From contig OZ024743.1 of assembly GCA_964016885.1 (NCBI GenBank), positions 170,004,001 to 170,068,000 on the forward strand: DNA of 64,000 bases. The letters run 5' to 3'. The number at the start of each line of letters is the position of its first letter. Within the stretch, counting starts at the first letter, position 1. This document shows, in pieces, positions 1 through 14,445 of this stretch. A program made the translations under genes and the position numbers. The stretch comes from Eledone cirrhosa (Eukaryota). The notes beneath the pieces are model-generated. The model searched no databases. It was not told the DNA's origin and saw only the letters and a list, made by a program, of their open reading frames with translations.

Positions 1-640
1 CTATTGATTGATTAATTATTTATGTTTGTTTGATAACTTCTAGTTGAGTGCTTAATTCGGTTTGTCTAAAGGAATTTTATTCCTTTGTCCCAAATTTTGA
101 ATTGACCGCCAAAACCTCCCTTTGGGAAAACCAAATGTCTCTAGCGAAGTTAACTGCTAGAAAATACACCCGTTGAGGAATAGAACGAAAAACTTGTTGA
201 CGAAGTAAACTCCTTTGTTCTGTCGTCAAAAGCCATTAACTTGCAAGTGGAATTTGTAGATCTCGGATTTACAGAAACCTAGCGGAGATGTTGTATGTTA
301 TATGTGATGTATATTGTATGCTATACGTTATGTGTTGTATTTGATGTCTACGTGACGGTCCAGGTCAGTCAAACATTTTTCCTGAGTTCAGTTTTTTTCG
401 TCACTATGGCAATGCGGCCCGACTATCGGTCGCTGTATTTGATTTGCAAAGCTGTCTAAACGTAATATTATAACTGTGGGGTAATATTCTCCATCGAGTG
501 CTTAGCTGCACACCGAATCTGCATTCATTAGCTTGGCTGCTGCCAAAAGCTTCGTTGATGCTGTACTAACATTTGTATATATATATATATATATATATAT
601 TTCGTTTCTGAATTGGCAACATGACCCTCCCAAAGTATAA

Positions 641-702
<62 letters not shown>

Positions 703-837
703 GTATTTATTTTTACCCCCTAACCTTATGTTATGCATCAGTGTGTATATTTTTCCCGTTATTTTATTTTATTTCAGCCTCGCTTTCAATTGTAATAGCC
801 TTTGTTTTTATTTTCATATCTTACGTCCATATTAAAT

Positions 838-910
838 TTTCATTCTGATGAGCGTTTTCAGACGTCTCTGTTGAACTCGCCTGTCTTCATGAAACCTTTG
901 GTAAATGGAA
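838..910 (+). ncRNA. Type I hammerhead ribozyme motif (irregular stem II)
   Basis: TTTCATT-CTGATGA-[39 nt]-GAAAC-CTTTG-GTA-AATGGAA; stem I pairs; lies in a short module between TA arrays. Confidence 0.6.
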
Positions 911-941
911 TAATTGTCTTATGTTGTTTATTACATAATTA

Positions 942-1052
<111 letters not shown>

Positions 1053-1369
1053 ATATATAACAGTGTTGTAGTTTGCTTGAAACTTTGTTGAATAGGAAAT
1101 ATAAATTTAAATAATTTTAAAAGCCATACAATGTATCAGAAAATTAAAGGTGCCAGATAATAATAGAATTTTACCTTAGCAAATTTAATTATCCCAAATA
1201 TTTTAGCAGCAGCAGTGGTCATGGTGGGGCCAGCTGTGATCGCATTGGTAGGAAAACCTTGGGTGGTAGAAATATTGATGATAATGGATATACTAATGTC
1301 ATAGTGGAATTATTGATGATGGTGGCTTTCATTACAGATGGTTAACACTTATTTGTAGACTCATTTACA

Positions 1370-4300
1370 TATCATGATCATCATCGCCGTCGTTATTTTT
1401 ACGTCAATTTTTCTATGTTAGCATGGGTTAGACAGGTTGTCCTATTGTGCGCAATGCCAGGTCAGGTGACCATGTCTTGCGAATACAGAACTGATTTTGG
1501 CACGGTTTCTACAGCTGGATACCCTTCCTAACACCAACCTCATTTACAGTGAGTACTGGGTGCTTTTTTTGTTGTGTCACCAACATAACCACGTTACTGT
1601 GTGGACTGGGTGCTTTTGTCGTGACATCTACACGACCACTTTACAGTGTGGGCTGGGGGCTTCACTAGATGCATACTTCATACTACCCTCGTGGGAAATG
1701 TATAGAGGAGTGGAGTGGTGCATACAGTATATATGCTTAAACTTCAGCCTGTGCCTGTGGGGAGTCGGGTCTTATGTATCACTGCATAACACCAGAGATC
1801 TTGGCCCTGTGTCATCGCCTTTGAGAGATGTAACTGAGCAATGTCAGCTTTCATCACCTCATCCCAAGTCTTCACGGGTCTCCTCACTCCAAGGCTCCCA
1901 CCGATTTTGAATGTTCTGCACCTTTTTATGCAGCTGTCATCCTTCATATTAATCACATGTCCACACCAATGCAATCTCTTTGCCTGCACGACCACATAAC
2001 AGCGTGGATTGTGTGTTTTTTGTCGTGACACCTACACGATCTCATTAGTTTGGACTGGATGTTGTGGTACCAACATCACTTTATAGAGAAAGGTGGGGTT
2101 AGTAGGAGTGGGAGGATGGAGTAGGGGTAGTGGGTTGGGGTGTATATTTGGTTGAGAGGTGCCTACTGACTGTAGGTTTCACTTTGTACATAGGAAAGGT
2201 GGGTCTGTTTTTCATTTTGAGAGAGAAACCTTTTGTGGCCAACAGCTGTATAAGCTCTCTGAACTTTTTCCATCCCGTTCTGACTCTGGCTACTGTACTT
2301 TCAGAGCACCCTCCACCACTGCTGATTTTGTCACCCAGGTAACGGAAAGTGTCCACTATTTCTATAGAACCATCTGGGTAGTAGAAGGAACTAGTATCCT
2401 ATGGGCACTTGCTACTTATTGCACCTGAGCATCGGCCACATATAAAATCTATGTTCTTAGATAGCTTGCCTGTGATCCCACTACATCTTTTATGTACCCA
2501 TAGTTTGCATTTGGGACATACAATGGAATTTCTGCCTACTCCTTTCCTACAAACTGAACATGGCCATTTCTCAGAGGGCACCTATTTTCCTTCCTACATA
2601 CTAGAACTTTAGTCTTAGGCAAGTTAACTTTAAAGCCTTTTGATTCTAGGCCTTGCTTCCATGTTTGGAATTTCTTCTCTAGTTCAGCCATAGATTCAGC
2701 TATGAAAATTAGATCATCTGCGTATAGAAGTTCCCATGGGCAGCCGGTTCTAAACTCCTCTGTTATAGCCTGAAGGGCAATAATAAACAGTAGGGGGCTA
2801 AGGACGGAGCCTTGATGAACACTAACTTTTATGCTAATTTCTTCACTATATTCATTGTTAATTCTAACCTTACTGACTGTTTCTTTATACATGGCTTGTA
2901 TAGCTCTCACAAGCCATTCATCTACACCTAGTTTTCTAAGAGTCCACCAGATAATGAATGGAGCCGGGGACTCTGTCAAAGGCTTTCTTCAAGTCAACAA
3001 AAGCTAAGTAGAGGGGTTTACTTTTAACTAGGTACTTCTCCTGTAGTTGTCATACAAGGAAAATAGCATCTGTGGTACTTTTACCTGACACAAACGCAAA
3101 CTGCATTTCATCTAGATCAATTCAATCTCTGACTGGTCTTAGTGCCTCTATAGTTTGCCCTATCTGTGAAGGCACATGGCTTAGTGGTTAGGGCATTGGG
3201 CTTGCAATTGAAAGGTTGTGAGTTCAATTCTCAGACCGGTTGATGTGTTGTTTCCTTGAGCAAGACACTTTATTTCACGTTGCTCCAGTTTACTCAGCTG
3301 TAGAAGTGAGATGATAGGACTGGGGTCCCTATCATTAAATTACCTAAGAAACCTTGGAGGAGGCCAGCTAAACCTGCATAGGTGTGAACTGTCATGCTAT
3401 CTAGAACATCTCCTTTACCCTTGTAGCAGTTACTGATGATGCTGCTACGCCAGTCATTTCGTATGACCCCATTCTGCATTACTTGGTTTACTATCCGGGT
3501 GACCATAGTATGTCCCACCATTCCAGATGCTTTCAACATCTCCACAACTAACTCCGAAAGCTCAGCTGCCTTGCCTGTCTTCATATCTTTGATTTCCTTA
3601 TTATACTACCATTAACTTGCACCACTGGTTCCACTATTGGATTGATTTGGGGCAGACTATCTTTTTCCCATTTATTCTACTCATTTAGTAGTCTTTCGTA
3701 GTGACACTTCCAAGCTACCTTCTTATCAGTATCAGTGAGGGCAAGTACACCATCATCATTATGGACACACTTCTTCCCGACAATATCATGGTTTTCCTTG
3801 ACACATTGTCTTGTGATCCTGAACACCTCACGTTTTTGGTCCTCGTGTTGTAGAACATGCTTGAACTTTCTATCCTCTGTTTCCCTTTTTGTACGGTATA
3901 CTTGTCTCCTAGCTTCCCTCCTGGCAACTTGGTAGTGTTCTCTACTTCCCCCATCCCGCCATACTTTCCAAGCCTGCTTTTTAACCTTGATTGTCTCCTC
4001 CACCTTACTATTCCACCACCATGTTACTCTCCTCCTGCCTATAGGTCTGTTCCAGCCACAGATTTCATCTGTCGCCTTCAGCAGGTTAACTTTCAAGAAT
4101 TCCCACTGTTCCTCTCTATATCATACGTCTCTAATTGCTCTTCCTTACTGTCAAAAGCATCAAGTAATATGCTTTTAAATTTATTATTGGCTGTGGGGTC
4201 CTTCAACTTCCATATTCTTCTCCTGAAAGTAGTCTTCCTCTGTGGTCGAGTATGTATAGTCCTGACTATGAGGTCACTAATTATTAGGCTATGTTGGGAG

Positions 4301-4560
4301 ATGCATTTTTCATGGGGGAGGGACTTAGTGTTTACAACAGACACTCTATCACATCTAGTAAGGATATAATCTATCTGGCTGGCGTGTTCCGCTGATTGAT
4401 AGGTGATCAAGGGATTGTCTCGTTTTTTGAAGTTTGTGTTACAGATAGTTAGGTTATTAGTATCACAGAATTCCAGGATTCTGGAGCCTTCCTCATTTCT
4501 AGTACCAAACTCATAGCCTCCATGGATTCCGTCATAGCCATCACAATGTTGTTCTTCACC
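1370..4560 (-). mobile_element. Degenerate RTE-clade LINE (APE-RT-PHD fragments, 3' UTR, decayed (ATG)n tail)
   Basis: Minus-strand ORF fragments 4093-4563, 3677-4096, 3294-3584, 2536-2979, 2399-2581 and 2099-2356 are collinear with and similar to the intact ORF at 36391-39762; many stops and frameshifts. Confidence 0.9.
3171..3330 (+). mobile_element. tRNA-derived SINE nested in the RTE copy
   Basis: A box TGGCTTAGTGG, B box GAGTTCAATTC, central CCTTGAGCAAGACACTT motif; near-identical to 40475-40634 (-). Confidence 0.85.
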
Positions 4561-4564
4561 CACT

Positions 4565-4990
4565 TATTCCTGAAAGAGTCGTGGGGGCAGAGTCCTCAAA
4601 TACTCCTTCCAGCAGGTTCTGTAAGAAGTAACAATTGCAACTGATCCAGCTGGATCCCAAAGCATGACCAGCCAAGCTCATGGATGTTATCCAACTATCT
4701 TGCTTGGGGTCTACCCCTGGGTTTCCTGCTGGCTGGTTTTGCCCATAAAATCTGTCCAGTGATTCTTTCCTGAGACATTCTAACCACATGCCCATAGTAT
4801 TGGAGATGTGATCTCTCAATTCAGAGAAGTAGTGGCTCTACCTGGAGTGACTCTCTGATCTCCAAGTTACACACTTTATCAAGTAACGTTACTCCAAAGA
4901 TGCTTCAGAGAAATCCCATTTCAGCATCTTGTATTCGCAATTGTATTCTTTCGGTCATTACCCCAGATTCATGACCATAGGGAAGGGTTG
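4565..4990 (-). mobile_element. Old RTE-like LINE 3' fragment of a second family
   Basis: Minus strand encodes a GKPRGRPQ motif typical of RTE C-termini; related fragment at about 8565-8715. Confidence 0.55.
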
Positions 4991-7039
4991 GCATGAATAC
5001 CAAATTGAAGAGAGTGAGTTTGGAATTTATGCCTACCTCCCTTCTGATTACTGAATGCTGAAGCTGGTGCATTACTACACCGTACCATGTGTATATACAT
5101 ACATGTGTTTATACATAACATCTGTATATGCATACATGTGTGTATATATATACATAATGTGTATATATATACATAATGTGTATATACTTTATCCCTAGCC
5201 CAGTTTAACACCACCACCAGGTCCTCAGGCACTTTTAGTGGAGCTCATTCTGTTGTAAGCGTCAGCTTTAGTTCTTTGGGTTTAAGGATAACTTCGCCCA
5301 TTCATTCAACCTGTATTGGAGGACCTGAAAAAATAAAAGATAATGGCTGCTGGCCTTACCTCCCTGACTAGACAATAAAACAAAAACTGAGATTAAATTG
5401 TAAACAAAATTAAATCAAGTACAAATCATTGATAAAATTTATTGTGTCCCTTTCTCATCCTCAAAAATGTTGCAGTTTCGTGTTGCAAAAGTTAGATCTT
5501 GCTGTAAATGAAATTATGAAATATCTAAATAACATTTAACTGAAATATCAAGCATTTTTAATTATCGGAATTGGGGGTGCAGGCATGTAATACTGTGTTT
5601 AATGTGATTGCCTGTAATTATTGAAATTATATTTTGAAATATTTTTTGCTGCATTTTTTATAATGTTAAGAGAGTGCTGCAGCTATATTCATGCACGGTC
5701 TTTAATGTTCCTTATTAGCTATTGCATTCCATGGATTAATTGTAGAAAAAATATTTCTTTTAAGCCACCAGTAAACAAATACAGTTTTTACTTGTGTTAC
5801 CCTGCTCATAACATGGAGACTTAGAATGTTACTTGTTAAAGGTTGAATAGTTCAACTTTTATTGCACTTAAAACACTTGCTATCTGACAAAACTGATCAC
5901 CAAGACAGTCACCAGATGGTGCAAAGTGTATTTGCCCTTTAAAAATAGTTGGAATTCAGGCCAAAGCTTGCTGTCCCTGAAGCTGAAAGAATTTCACTTC
6001 AGAATGGGGTATTTCGTACCTCCTTTCTGTAGTAGTAATTGCTTGTAAAGAAGATAAATTCTATATTTGTTATTTCTTTTCTTCCATTTTATTATTTTCA
6101 ATCAAATATATTTACTTTAACGAAAATACTTCAAACGAGACTTGATATGGCAAAATGGTGGGAAAAAAATGGACTTATATCTTTTTGATGAATGACTATT
6201 TTATTATGCAATTGAAATTTCTTGTTATAATGTATTGTTGTTATTGTTTGGCCATTGGTTAACCCTGATTGAACAGGTTTATGATCAAAGACATTCTATC
6301 CATGATCATCTCATCATTGTTTTTCAGAAATAGTATATCTAAAACTACATTACCCAATATGTTATAACTTTTTAAGGTTGTAGGTATGACTTAAGGGTAA
6401 TCTGATTGATATTTCTAGGAAGTTGATTGACCATCCACAGGTTTCTTCATAAGTGTCATTAGCAGATGGGTGAGGTTATTGTTATTTAACCGTCTTGATC
6501 AAAATGACTTTTGATGAGACGCATTCCAGCTATGACCATCTCATTATTGTTTTCAAACAGTGTATTTAGTTCACATTGTCCAAACCATTTTTATAATTTG
6601 AGGGAAATCTGGCTGATATTTCTAGCAAATTGAGTGACCATCTAGATGTCATCATATTTGTTTTTATCCAGTGTGTCATATATTTTTATGATGGTAGGGT
6701 ATGATTTGTGAGAAATCTGTTTCTAACAGGTCGATTGACGACATAGAAATCCACACGTGTCTTTTGGGGTTTATAACATGGACACTTAAAATGTCTTTCT
6801 ATTTAGTCATTACATATTATAGTCTATCATATCACCCCAGTCTATCATATCACTCCATAATTTATGTGCTAAATTTCGTGGCTGTTAATTAAATATATTT
6901 TATAGCTTATTTAAAGACCTTTAAAATTCACTTCTTTAAAATTTTCAAATGTCAACACTTCCGGTTAGCGGCCGTTATATTATAAAAATATTGCATATAT
7001 TTTCGTCGCTAATTTTCTCCTAATGCAGTTTATATATAA

Positions 7040-7930
7040 CTAGCAGAATGGCCCAGCGTTGCTCGGGATTTGCTCTAAGGTTCTTATATATTTGATACAT
7101 ATTTATCCTTATCGAGCCTTGTGAAATAAATATGTTTGTTTATATTTTGCTATTGTGTATGCAAAAATATCTGTACACGAATATATAATTATATATATAT
7201 TAAAATAACAGATTAAAGTTTAAGCAAAGAATCACTGCTTTCACACTTAACGGGATCTTCTGAAACTAAAAAAATCAATCTGTGTACGCAGAAAATGAAT
7301 CGCTGCTTTCACTCTTAATGGGATCTTCTACCTAAAAGCAGTATGAAGAACATTAAGACTAACTGATGTAATTGTTGGCCTTGTTTGTTTATATTTTGTT
7401 TTTGTGTATGCAAAAATATCTGTACACGAATATCTATATTAAAATAAAATATTAATGTTTAAGCAAAGAATCGCTGCTTTCAACCTTAACGGGATCTTCT
7501 GAAACTAAAAAAATCAATCTATGAATGCAGATATTTCGAAAAACGTTGCAACCGAAGGAAAACTGGAAGACGATACTTTGGTTCGTGAAGACGTTCCCTG
7601 GCATAAGCATATATATACACACACACTATATATATACATACGCACACACACTGATCGCATCATAATGTCGTAATGCAGACAGCCAGGCATACAGACAGAT
7701 ATTATGAAGGCATGACGTCATATCTATGTATCTATCTAAAAAGAGAAACACTAAGAGAAAGATATTGCTAAATCGCCTAATACGGTCCCTAGGGCATTGA
7801 AAATTTGAAATTTTTTTGCTCAGAACACTCAATAGGACCATAAGTAAAGTTTGAAAAAAAAACGGTTGGGTAGTTCTCGAGTTTTAGGGAAACAGATACA
7901 CAGACATTCTTTTTTTTATATATATATAGA
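7040..7930 (-). mobile_element. Non-autonomous Helitron
   Basis: On minus: 5' A|TCTATATATA, 3' hairpin CCCGAGCAACGCTGGG then CTAG|T; internal duplication about 7125-7290 / 7380-7525. Confidence 0.8.
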
Positions 7931-8201
7931 TATCGTCTTTTTTTAAATCTATCATGGATTACGTTACTGATTACAGAAGACAGTGTAACATAGACTTCGT
8001 TCAATTTCTGTGTATATTGTCAATTACGATTTTATTTGATGTATCATATCTACATGCATATATATTTGTGTATAATATCAATATACACACTACACATGCT
8101 AGTAGAAAACCACCCATAGGGTGGTTTTTCTGCTAGTATCCATAATATTAATATATATAATAAATTAAAAGGATAGAATAGATTTCTTAAATCATTTAAT
8201 A

Positions 8202-8311
8202 GCCTTACAAATATTTCAATACAAGTTATTTAAGTAATGCTTATGTTATAACAATCAAGTAACAAAAAAAGGGTAATATATATTAAGTATAACAAGCACA
8301 TCTTCAGAAGC
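8202..8311 (-). ncRNA. Type I hammerhead ribozyme motif with long stem II
   Basis: Reverse complement reads GCTT-CTGAAGA-[long AT-rich insert]-GAAAT-ATTT-GTA-AGGC. Confidence 0.6.
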
Positions 8312-9492
8312 AATATAATTGATTATACAATAACCTGGTAATCAGCAAGCCCAAAAGGAAAAGATTGTTGAACCGTCGGAGGACTATCGTTTTAATTTGC
8401 TTTATCTGTTCTGTGTTATGTGTCACTTATTTCTTCTCTTCTTAAACATCTCTTCTATATTTCTATTTATAATTACAAAAGCACATTGAGCTTGAAAATA
8501 TTCATACACAAATACACCAATAAACATAAATATAAATACATGTATATGCGCATAATTTTCTTCATGGGTGCAGAGTCCTCAAACACTCCTTCCGGTCAGA
8601 CCTCTCAGAAGCAACCATTTTAAATTGATCTGGCTGGATCCCCAAATGAGATCAGCCAAGCACATGGATCTTATCCAACCATCTTGCTCGGGGTCTACCC
8701 CTGGGTCTCCTGCATAGTGGCCTAAATTTGGTAAATGGAAACTGAACATAAATAATTATACTTTTTAATTGCAGAATATAAAGTATGAAATTCTATAATA
8801 GTAATATTTAGCATGAAAATCTTTGTTCATTTTATGTGCATTGACCATGGATAATAGTTCAAAATGATCAACATGGACAAGTAATGTTTTTAGATATATT
8901 TTATTTCCAGTTGTGAGTTTTGGTCCTCATAGTTATATACTGTAAAACAAATAAAACACACTTATATACTTTAAAATAATTTGCACTGTAGTAAAAGTGC
9001 AGCATCAGCTGATGGTCATAAGCAAAAACCTATAAGCTTTCAGCTTATTTTTGTCTCAGCAGCAAAGGAGTATGTTCCTCCTAAGAAGGGTAATAACCTA
9101 GAAATGGTGCCATCAAGTTATCTCCCTTCGATGCAGAGCTAGCTGTGACATGATATCAGTTTATTTTTAAAATCTCATAATAAGTCTAAAAGGATCTTTA
9201 TTATACGTAAACATATCATATATGCTTCCATATACAACCCTACTATGATTTATGCGATGTCAGTGCTAATACTACTACTTCAAAACAAGATTTTTTAAAC
9301 TGTATGATTTTAACCCTTTATCATCAGAATTCAATTTCTTAATATCAATTACAGAAGTTTCACCTACTATGTCTTGGCAACTTGAGCATCTACATAGTTC
9401 TGTGTAATGCATTCCAGTTTCACAACAATATAATGCTTATGAAAATGTCTGCAAATTTGGTTTATGTCTGCAATTGCCTTTTTTATAGATGT

Positions 9493-9800
9493 AGCATGTG
9501 GCTTAGTGGTTAGAGTATTGAGCTCACAATCGTAAGGTTGTGAGTCCAAATGCCAGACCGAGCAGTGCATTTAAGCAAAACATTTTATTTCATGTTGCTC
9601 CAGTTTACTCAGCTGTAGAAATTAGTTGCGACGTCACTGGTGCCAAGCTGTTTTGGCCATTGCCTTTCTCTTGGACAACATTGGTGGCATGGAGAGGGGT
9701 GACGGTTATGCATGGGTGATTGTTGGTCTTCCACAAACACACCTTGCCCAGGCTTGTGCCTCGGAATGGAACTTTTCAGGTGCAAAACCATGGTCATTCA
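9493..9800 (+). mobile_element. tRNA-derived SINE, diverged
   Basis: TGGCTTAGTGGTTAGAG head, decayed B box, TTTATTTCATGTTGCTCCAGTTTACTCAGCTGTAG shared with the 3171 copy; 3' boundary approximate. Confidence 0.7.
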
Positions 9801-10046
9801 TGACCGAAGGGTGCCTACAGATTTGGTGGGTTTCAAAATGTCACCTGGAGTTGGTGGCAGCTATGCCAGTCAGTTTAAAGATACCTGGGAGGATCAACTT
9901 CCTTATTTTAACCCATTTTATTTGGGGGAAGGAATTTTTTATATTTATGTCAAAAAGTGACAAAATACACCAATGCTCTCTTTTTAATTTGAGCCATATT
10001 GTTGCTAAGTCAACAAATTATTTCCAACTGTCATTCTAAAATGTAA

Positions 10047-10981
10047 TCTATATATATAAAACTGTGGTTGTCTGTCTGTCTATCGATTTTTGGCACACAT
10101 CTCCTCTTAGAATCTCTCACGGAATTGCACCGAAATTGCTATACTTGTACATTGAGCCCTAGCGAAGACATCGGAAAAAAAAATTTCAAATTGACCCACC
10201 CTATGTGATGAAATCGAATATAATGTATCGATTTTTGAGCGTAAGTTATCAGTTATTTCCCTTTGTTCTGTTTACATTGAGCGTCTTACGTAAAAAATTA
10301 CGCTGGCTTTCTCAGCGTTTAAAATGACATTAACACAATACACGAACGAACAGTTGTCGAGCCAGCAAAATATTGACCTGCAAAATTCATCAGTTCGAAC
10401 ACTAAGCTTCCGTTTTGCTTCATTTCCATTTAAAAGCATTTTAAAACAATATTTTTACTTGAAAACAAGTCTATTTAAAGACTACGTAAAACAAGCAAAT
10501 ATTTCGTCGTTAGGCGTGCAGACAGACAGTCGTGAAGAGAGGTGATATACGCGTGCAGACAGACAGTCGTGCAGAGAGGTGATATAGGCGTGCAGACAGA
10601 CAGTCGTGCAGAGAGGTGATATAGGCGTGCAGACAGACAGTCGTGCAGAGAGGTGATATAGGCGTGCAGACAGACATAACTGATAATTTGGTTACGCTAA
10701 TGTTTTTCTCTGCGTTGCAGTGTTTACATTTTCGATCTTTGTTAATAAATAACCAGTGCAGTTTCTATCCCCAGCATCCTCTTTTGTTATAACATTCGGG
10801 TTATCGTTATGTTTTCTTAACTTCATAAGGCATATTGTTGGTTGAGGGAATATTAATCAAAAGCACCACATGCAAGTCTGCACAGTAGACACTACAGTTT
10901 TTAAGCCAAAAAAGAAACTTAACATTGTAACTTTAACACAGCTACTGAGCGACCCCGAGCAACGCCGGGCTTTACTGCTAG
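10047..10981 (+). mobile_element. Non-autonomous Helitron with internal 36-bp minisatellite
   Basis: 5' A|TCTATATATATAAAA, 3' CCCGAGCAACGCCGGG hairpin then CTAG|T; about 4.5 copies of a 36-bp unit at 10512-10675. Confidence 0.85.
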
Positions 10982-11726
10982 TAACTTATAAAAGAAATAT
11001 TTTCCAAGGAAAACGACATCTATGACACAATATTTTCATGAACATTTGAGAACTTTTGTAAATTAGATCATAGTATGGCAATTGCGATTCATTGATTGGT
11101 GTATTATTGTGTCTCTGTACAATGTTACTGATTGGCTGAACAATCCAACCCCATGATATTTGTAAACAATAATAATAGAAACTTTTAATTTTTACAGATT
11201 AATGTGCAATTTATAGCAATTTAGATAATCAGCTTTTTGTCATGTCGCCTACACGACCACTTTATAGCATGGACCGGGTCCGTTTTACCGTGTCACCTAC
11301 ACGACCACTTTACATTGTGGACTGGACACTCGCTTTTGTCATGACACCTACATGACCACTATATTGGACTTGGCTCTTTTGTTGTGGCTCCAGGGGGGGG
11401 GGGAGATCACATTATAGAGGAACTTGGGAGGGGTGGGGAAAATGCTTTTGGAAATTGGGGATGTAGGTATAAGGGAGGTTTATGGGAAGGGAGATGGTAG
11501 GGAATGGTGTTGCCTATATATATAATAATAATACAAGGACGAATGGTTACTCCTTCATTACGTTCATTGGTTAGTGACACGTGTTTTGCTACTGATCAGC
11601 TCAAGGTTCAATCTGTATTGATCTAGCCTGACTCTGAAAGCAAAAGCTCATCGGACCTCTTGAATATATATATCTATATATATATATATATATGTATATG
11701 TATATATATGTATATGTATGTATATG

Positions 11727-11764
<38 letters not shown>

Positions 11765-11934
11765 GTATTTATACTTATATATATATAATTAATATACAAT
11801 TATAAATACAAAAGGTAATATATTGTATTACCCAATTACCAGTAAGAAAATTAGCTAAATGTAAATTATCAGATGTATAACAGAGCAGAAATACAGAATA
11901 TAAAACAATTAAACTTTTGTTTAATGCAATTAAT

Positions 11935-11981
11935 TGCTTACGATCGTTTCTTCCAGACAACTGTCTGTTATCATCGGAGCA
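11935..11981 (-). ncRNA. Minimal type I hammerhead, C4 core variant
   Basis: Reverse complement TGCT-CCGATGA-taaCAGACagttGTCTGgaa-GAAAC-GATC-GTA-AGCA. Confidence 0.7.
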
Positions 11982-12177
11982 TGCACAATGTTTAAACAAG
12001 TAATTACATTCCTAGTCCTTAGAACATTCATTAAGATACATTGTTATTAACAGTGTCAGTGACATCATATTGAAAAACAAGAATAATAAAGTGATATTAC
12101 ATTGAAAAGATAGCAAAATATTGGAAGCTGTTGCTAAAAGAGAGTATATCAAGCATATTACACAGAAAATTAATAAT

Positions 12178-12238
12178 TGTTTCTACTTTAGGCACAAGGC
12201 CAGCAATTACCCTGTGCATTACTGGTACTTTATTTTAT
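12178..12238 (-). mobile_element. 5'-truncated SINE 3' end with 16-bp target-site duplication
   Basis: Matches 23285-23345; flanked by ACAGAAAATTAATAAT at 12162-12177 and 12239-12254. Confidence 0.8.
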
Positions 12239-13115
12239 ACAGAAAATTAATAATAGTATGCATTAAGGTAATACAGATGCAAAACGATAGCAAGCATATA
12301 CATGATATCACAGTAAAAAGATATCAAAATATTGAAAGGTGTTATAAGAAGCGTATAACTAAAAGTGAAAATATCAGGCATATATATATGTATATATGTA
12401 TATACATATATGTATATATATACATGTATGTATATATATATACATGTATATATATATACATGTATATATATATACATACATGTATATATATACATATATG
12501 TATATACATATATACATGTATATATATACATATATGTATATATATATATACGTATATATATATATATACATATATGTATATATATATATACATATATGTA
12601 TATATATATATACATATATGTATATATATACACTCTGCCATTATATACTCGTCAAAGGTCATCTAATGAAATAAAACCAGCAGGGGGGGATGTTTACAAC
12701 CACCTTCTCAAACACCCTTATCTTGATGTCAACCTCACCATTTTCTGAGTGAATATATGTATGTGTGTGTGTGTGCTTTAATTCCTTCAAATCTTCATCA
12801 ACACTCATTAACACCACACCCCACAACACCACACCCCACGCACATCCAAATCTCTCTTATATATAGAGTCACGCATCACAACACGACCTGATCTCAGTTC
12901 GACAATCGCCACCGACGAATGCGAGAAAGTTCTCCAACAAAGTTAACCAGGAATCTTTAAAATTCTTCCCACCGAAGTTAACAAAGAACTTACTAGATCT
13001 ACCAGCTCATAATATTATAATATAAAATTGAATCAAATTATTTAGCACTACAAGTGAAGTCATTCTTTTCCTTTTTTTCAAATATACCTAACTGTACTAG
13101 TGATCTCACAGATTT

Positions 13116-13158
<43 letters not shown>

Positions 13159-13199
13159 AAAGAACACAAGAGCGTCTACAACATCAAAAGATTTTTATT

Positions 13200-13246
13200 G
13201 GCTTACAATGTTTCTTCCTTACGTAACCGTAGGATTCGTCAGAGCT
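13200..13246 (-). ncRNA. Minimal hammerhead motif (inverted copy of 15646-15692)
   Basis: Reverse complement GCT-CTGACGA-aTCCTACGgttaCGTaAGGAa-GAAAC-ATT-GTA-AGC. Confidence 0.65.
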
Positions 13247-14115
13247 ATAAAAGGGATTTGATTGGTGTTATGGACTCTACCAACCAAACATTCAAGAACA
13301 AAGAGTAAAGAGAGTAAAGAGCAAAAGTAGGGGACGATAAGTCTAATTTTGGTGCGGGAGGGTGGGGTGTGGGTCCTTGTTTACTAGCTGCGGTCATATT
13401 CATTCCCGGGAGTCGAGTGGTTAGCTGAACCATAGATGGGGTGGCTTCGATAGTATGGTGCAGAGGCTACACAAACACAAAGGGCATACAATATATATAT
13501 AAAGGTTGGTGTTTTTGCGTGTGTGTGTATGTGTGTGTGTGTGTATTCTCCTTTTCTCTCTCACACACACACACACACATACATATGTATGTGTGTGTGC
13601 ATGCATGCATGCATGCATGTGTGCGTGCATTGTATGCATGTATATTGTATATATATATATATATATGTATATTGTATGCATGCGTATTATATCGTGTGTA
13701 TGTGTATATGTGACATGTATGTGAATATATGTATGTGTGTGCAGGTGTATGTGTGTGTGTATGATGTGTGTATATATGTGTATATGTATGTATACTTTTC
13801 TGTAGAAATCCTCTCTATATGTGGTGTTTGGCATGAATTCCTCCTATAATACTCTTCTTTGAGAGGAGCACGATATGTAGAGTAACACATATGTATTGTC
13901 GAAGTTGAAACTGAGAACCACCACCCCTCCTGCTGACCCAAATGTTTACTGAGGACCAGAACACCAATCTCCGCAATATAAGAGAGAAATGCGCTTGCCG
14001 GACTATTGATGACCATAACATCACATTCCAAGGTAATGGCAAAACACAGTGAATGCTATGCACGACCAGAACACCACAACATGCACATCGGAGCAACACA
14101 GATATAATATCAATA

Positions 14116-14445
14116 GGCGAATCAACTGAATTTTTTGAGTTGAAATACATATGGATATGTGTCTGTGTGTATCGGACACACGTACACATAAAGAAGCTGC
14201 TGACCTAAATGTACCTGTCATGCCTGTCTGAATTCCTAAGGGAATTTTCGGCCAGTTGCTGTCTTGACCGATTGTAGTACCAGTGGGTGAATCAATTGAG
14301 TTTTTTTGAGTTGAAATACATATAAATGTGTGTCTGTGTGTGTCGGACACACGTACACATAAAGAAGCTGCTGAGCTAAATGTGCCTGTCATGCCTGTCT
14401 GAATTCCTAAGAGAATTTTCGGTCAGTTGCTGACTTGACCGATTA
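14116..14445. repeat. Tandem duplication with ~170-bp period (2 copies)
   Basis: GAATCAAYTGA...GACCGATT repeated at about 14119 and 14289. Confidence 0.85.

Noticed and set aside
3171-3245. tRNA gene calls at SINE heads (also 9493, 40560, 54090) and at 18423
   Set aside because: No complete cloverleaf; these are SINE heads or a primer-binding site
5200-5340. Possible host exon after a minus-strand TTTTTTCAG acceptor near 5325
   Set aside because: Short frames, no partner exons or recognisable product
6255-6740. Two to three diverged copies of an old repeat
   Set aside because: Too decayed to define boundaries or class
10512-10675. 36-bp repeats resembling a CRISPR array
   Set aside because: Head-to-tail with no unique spacers, inside a Helitron, eukaryotic context
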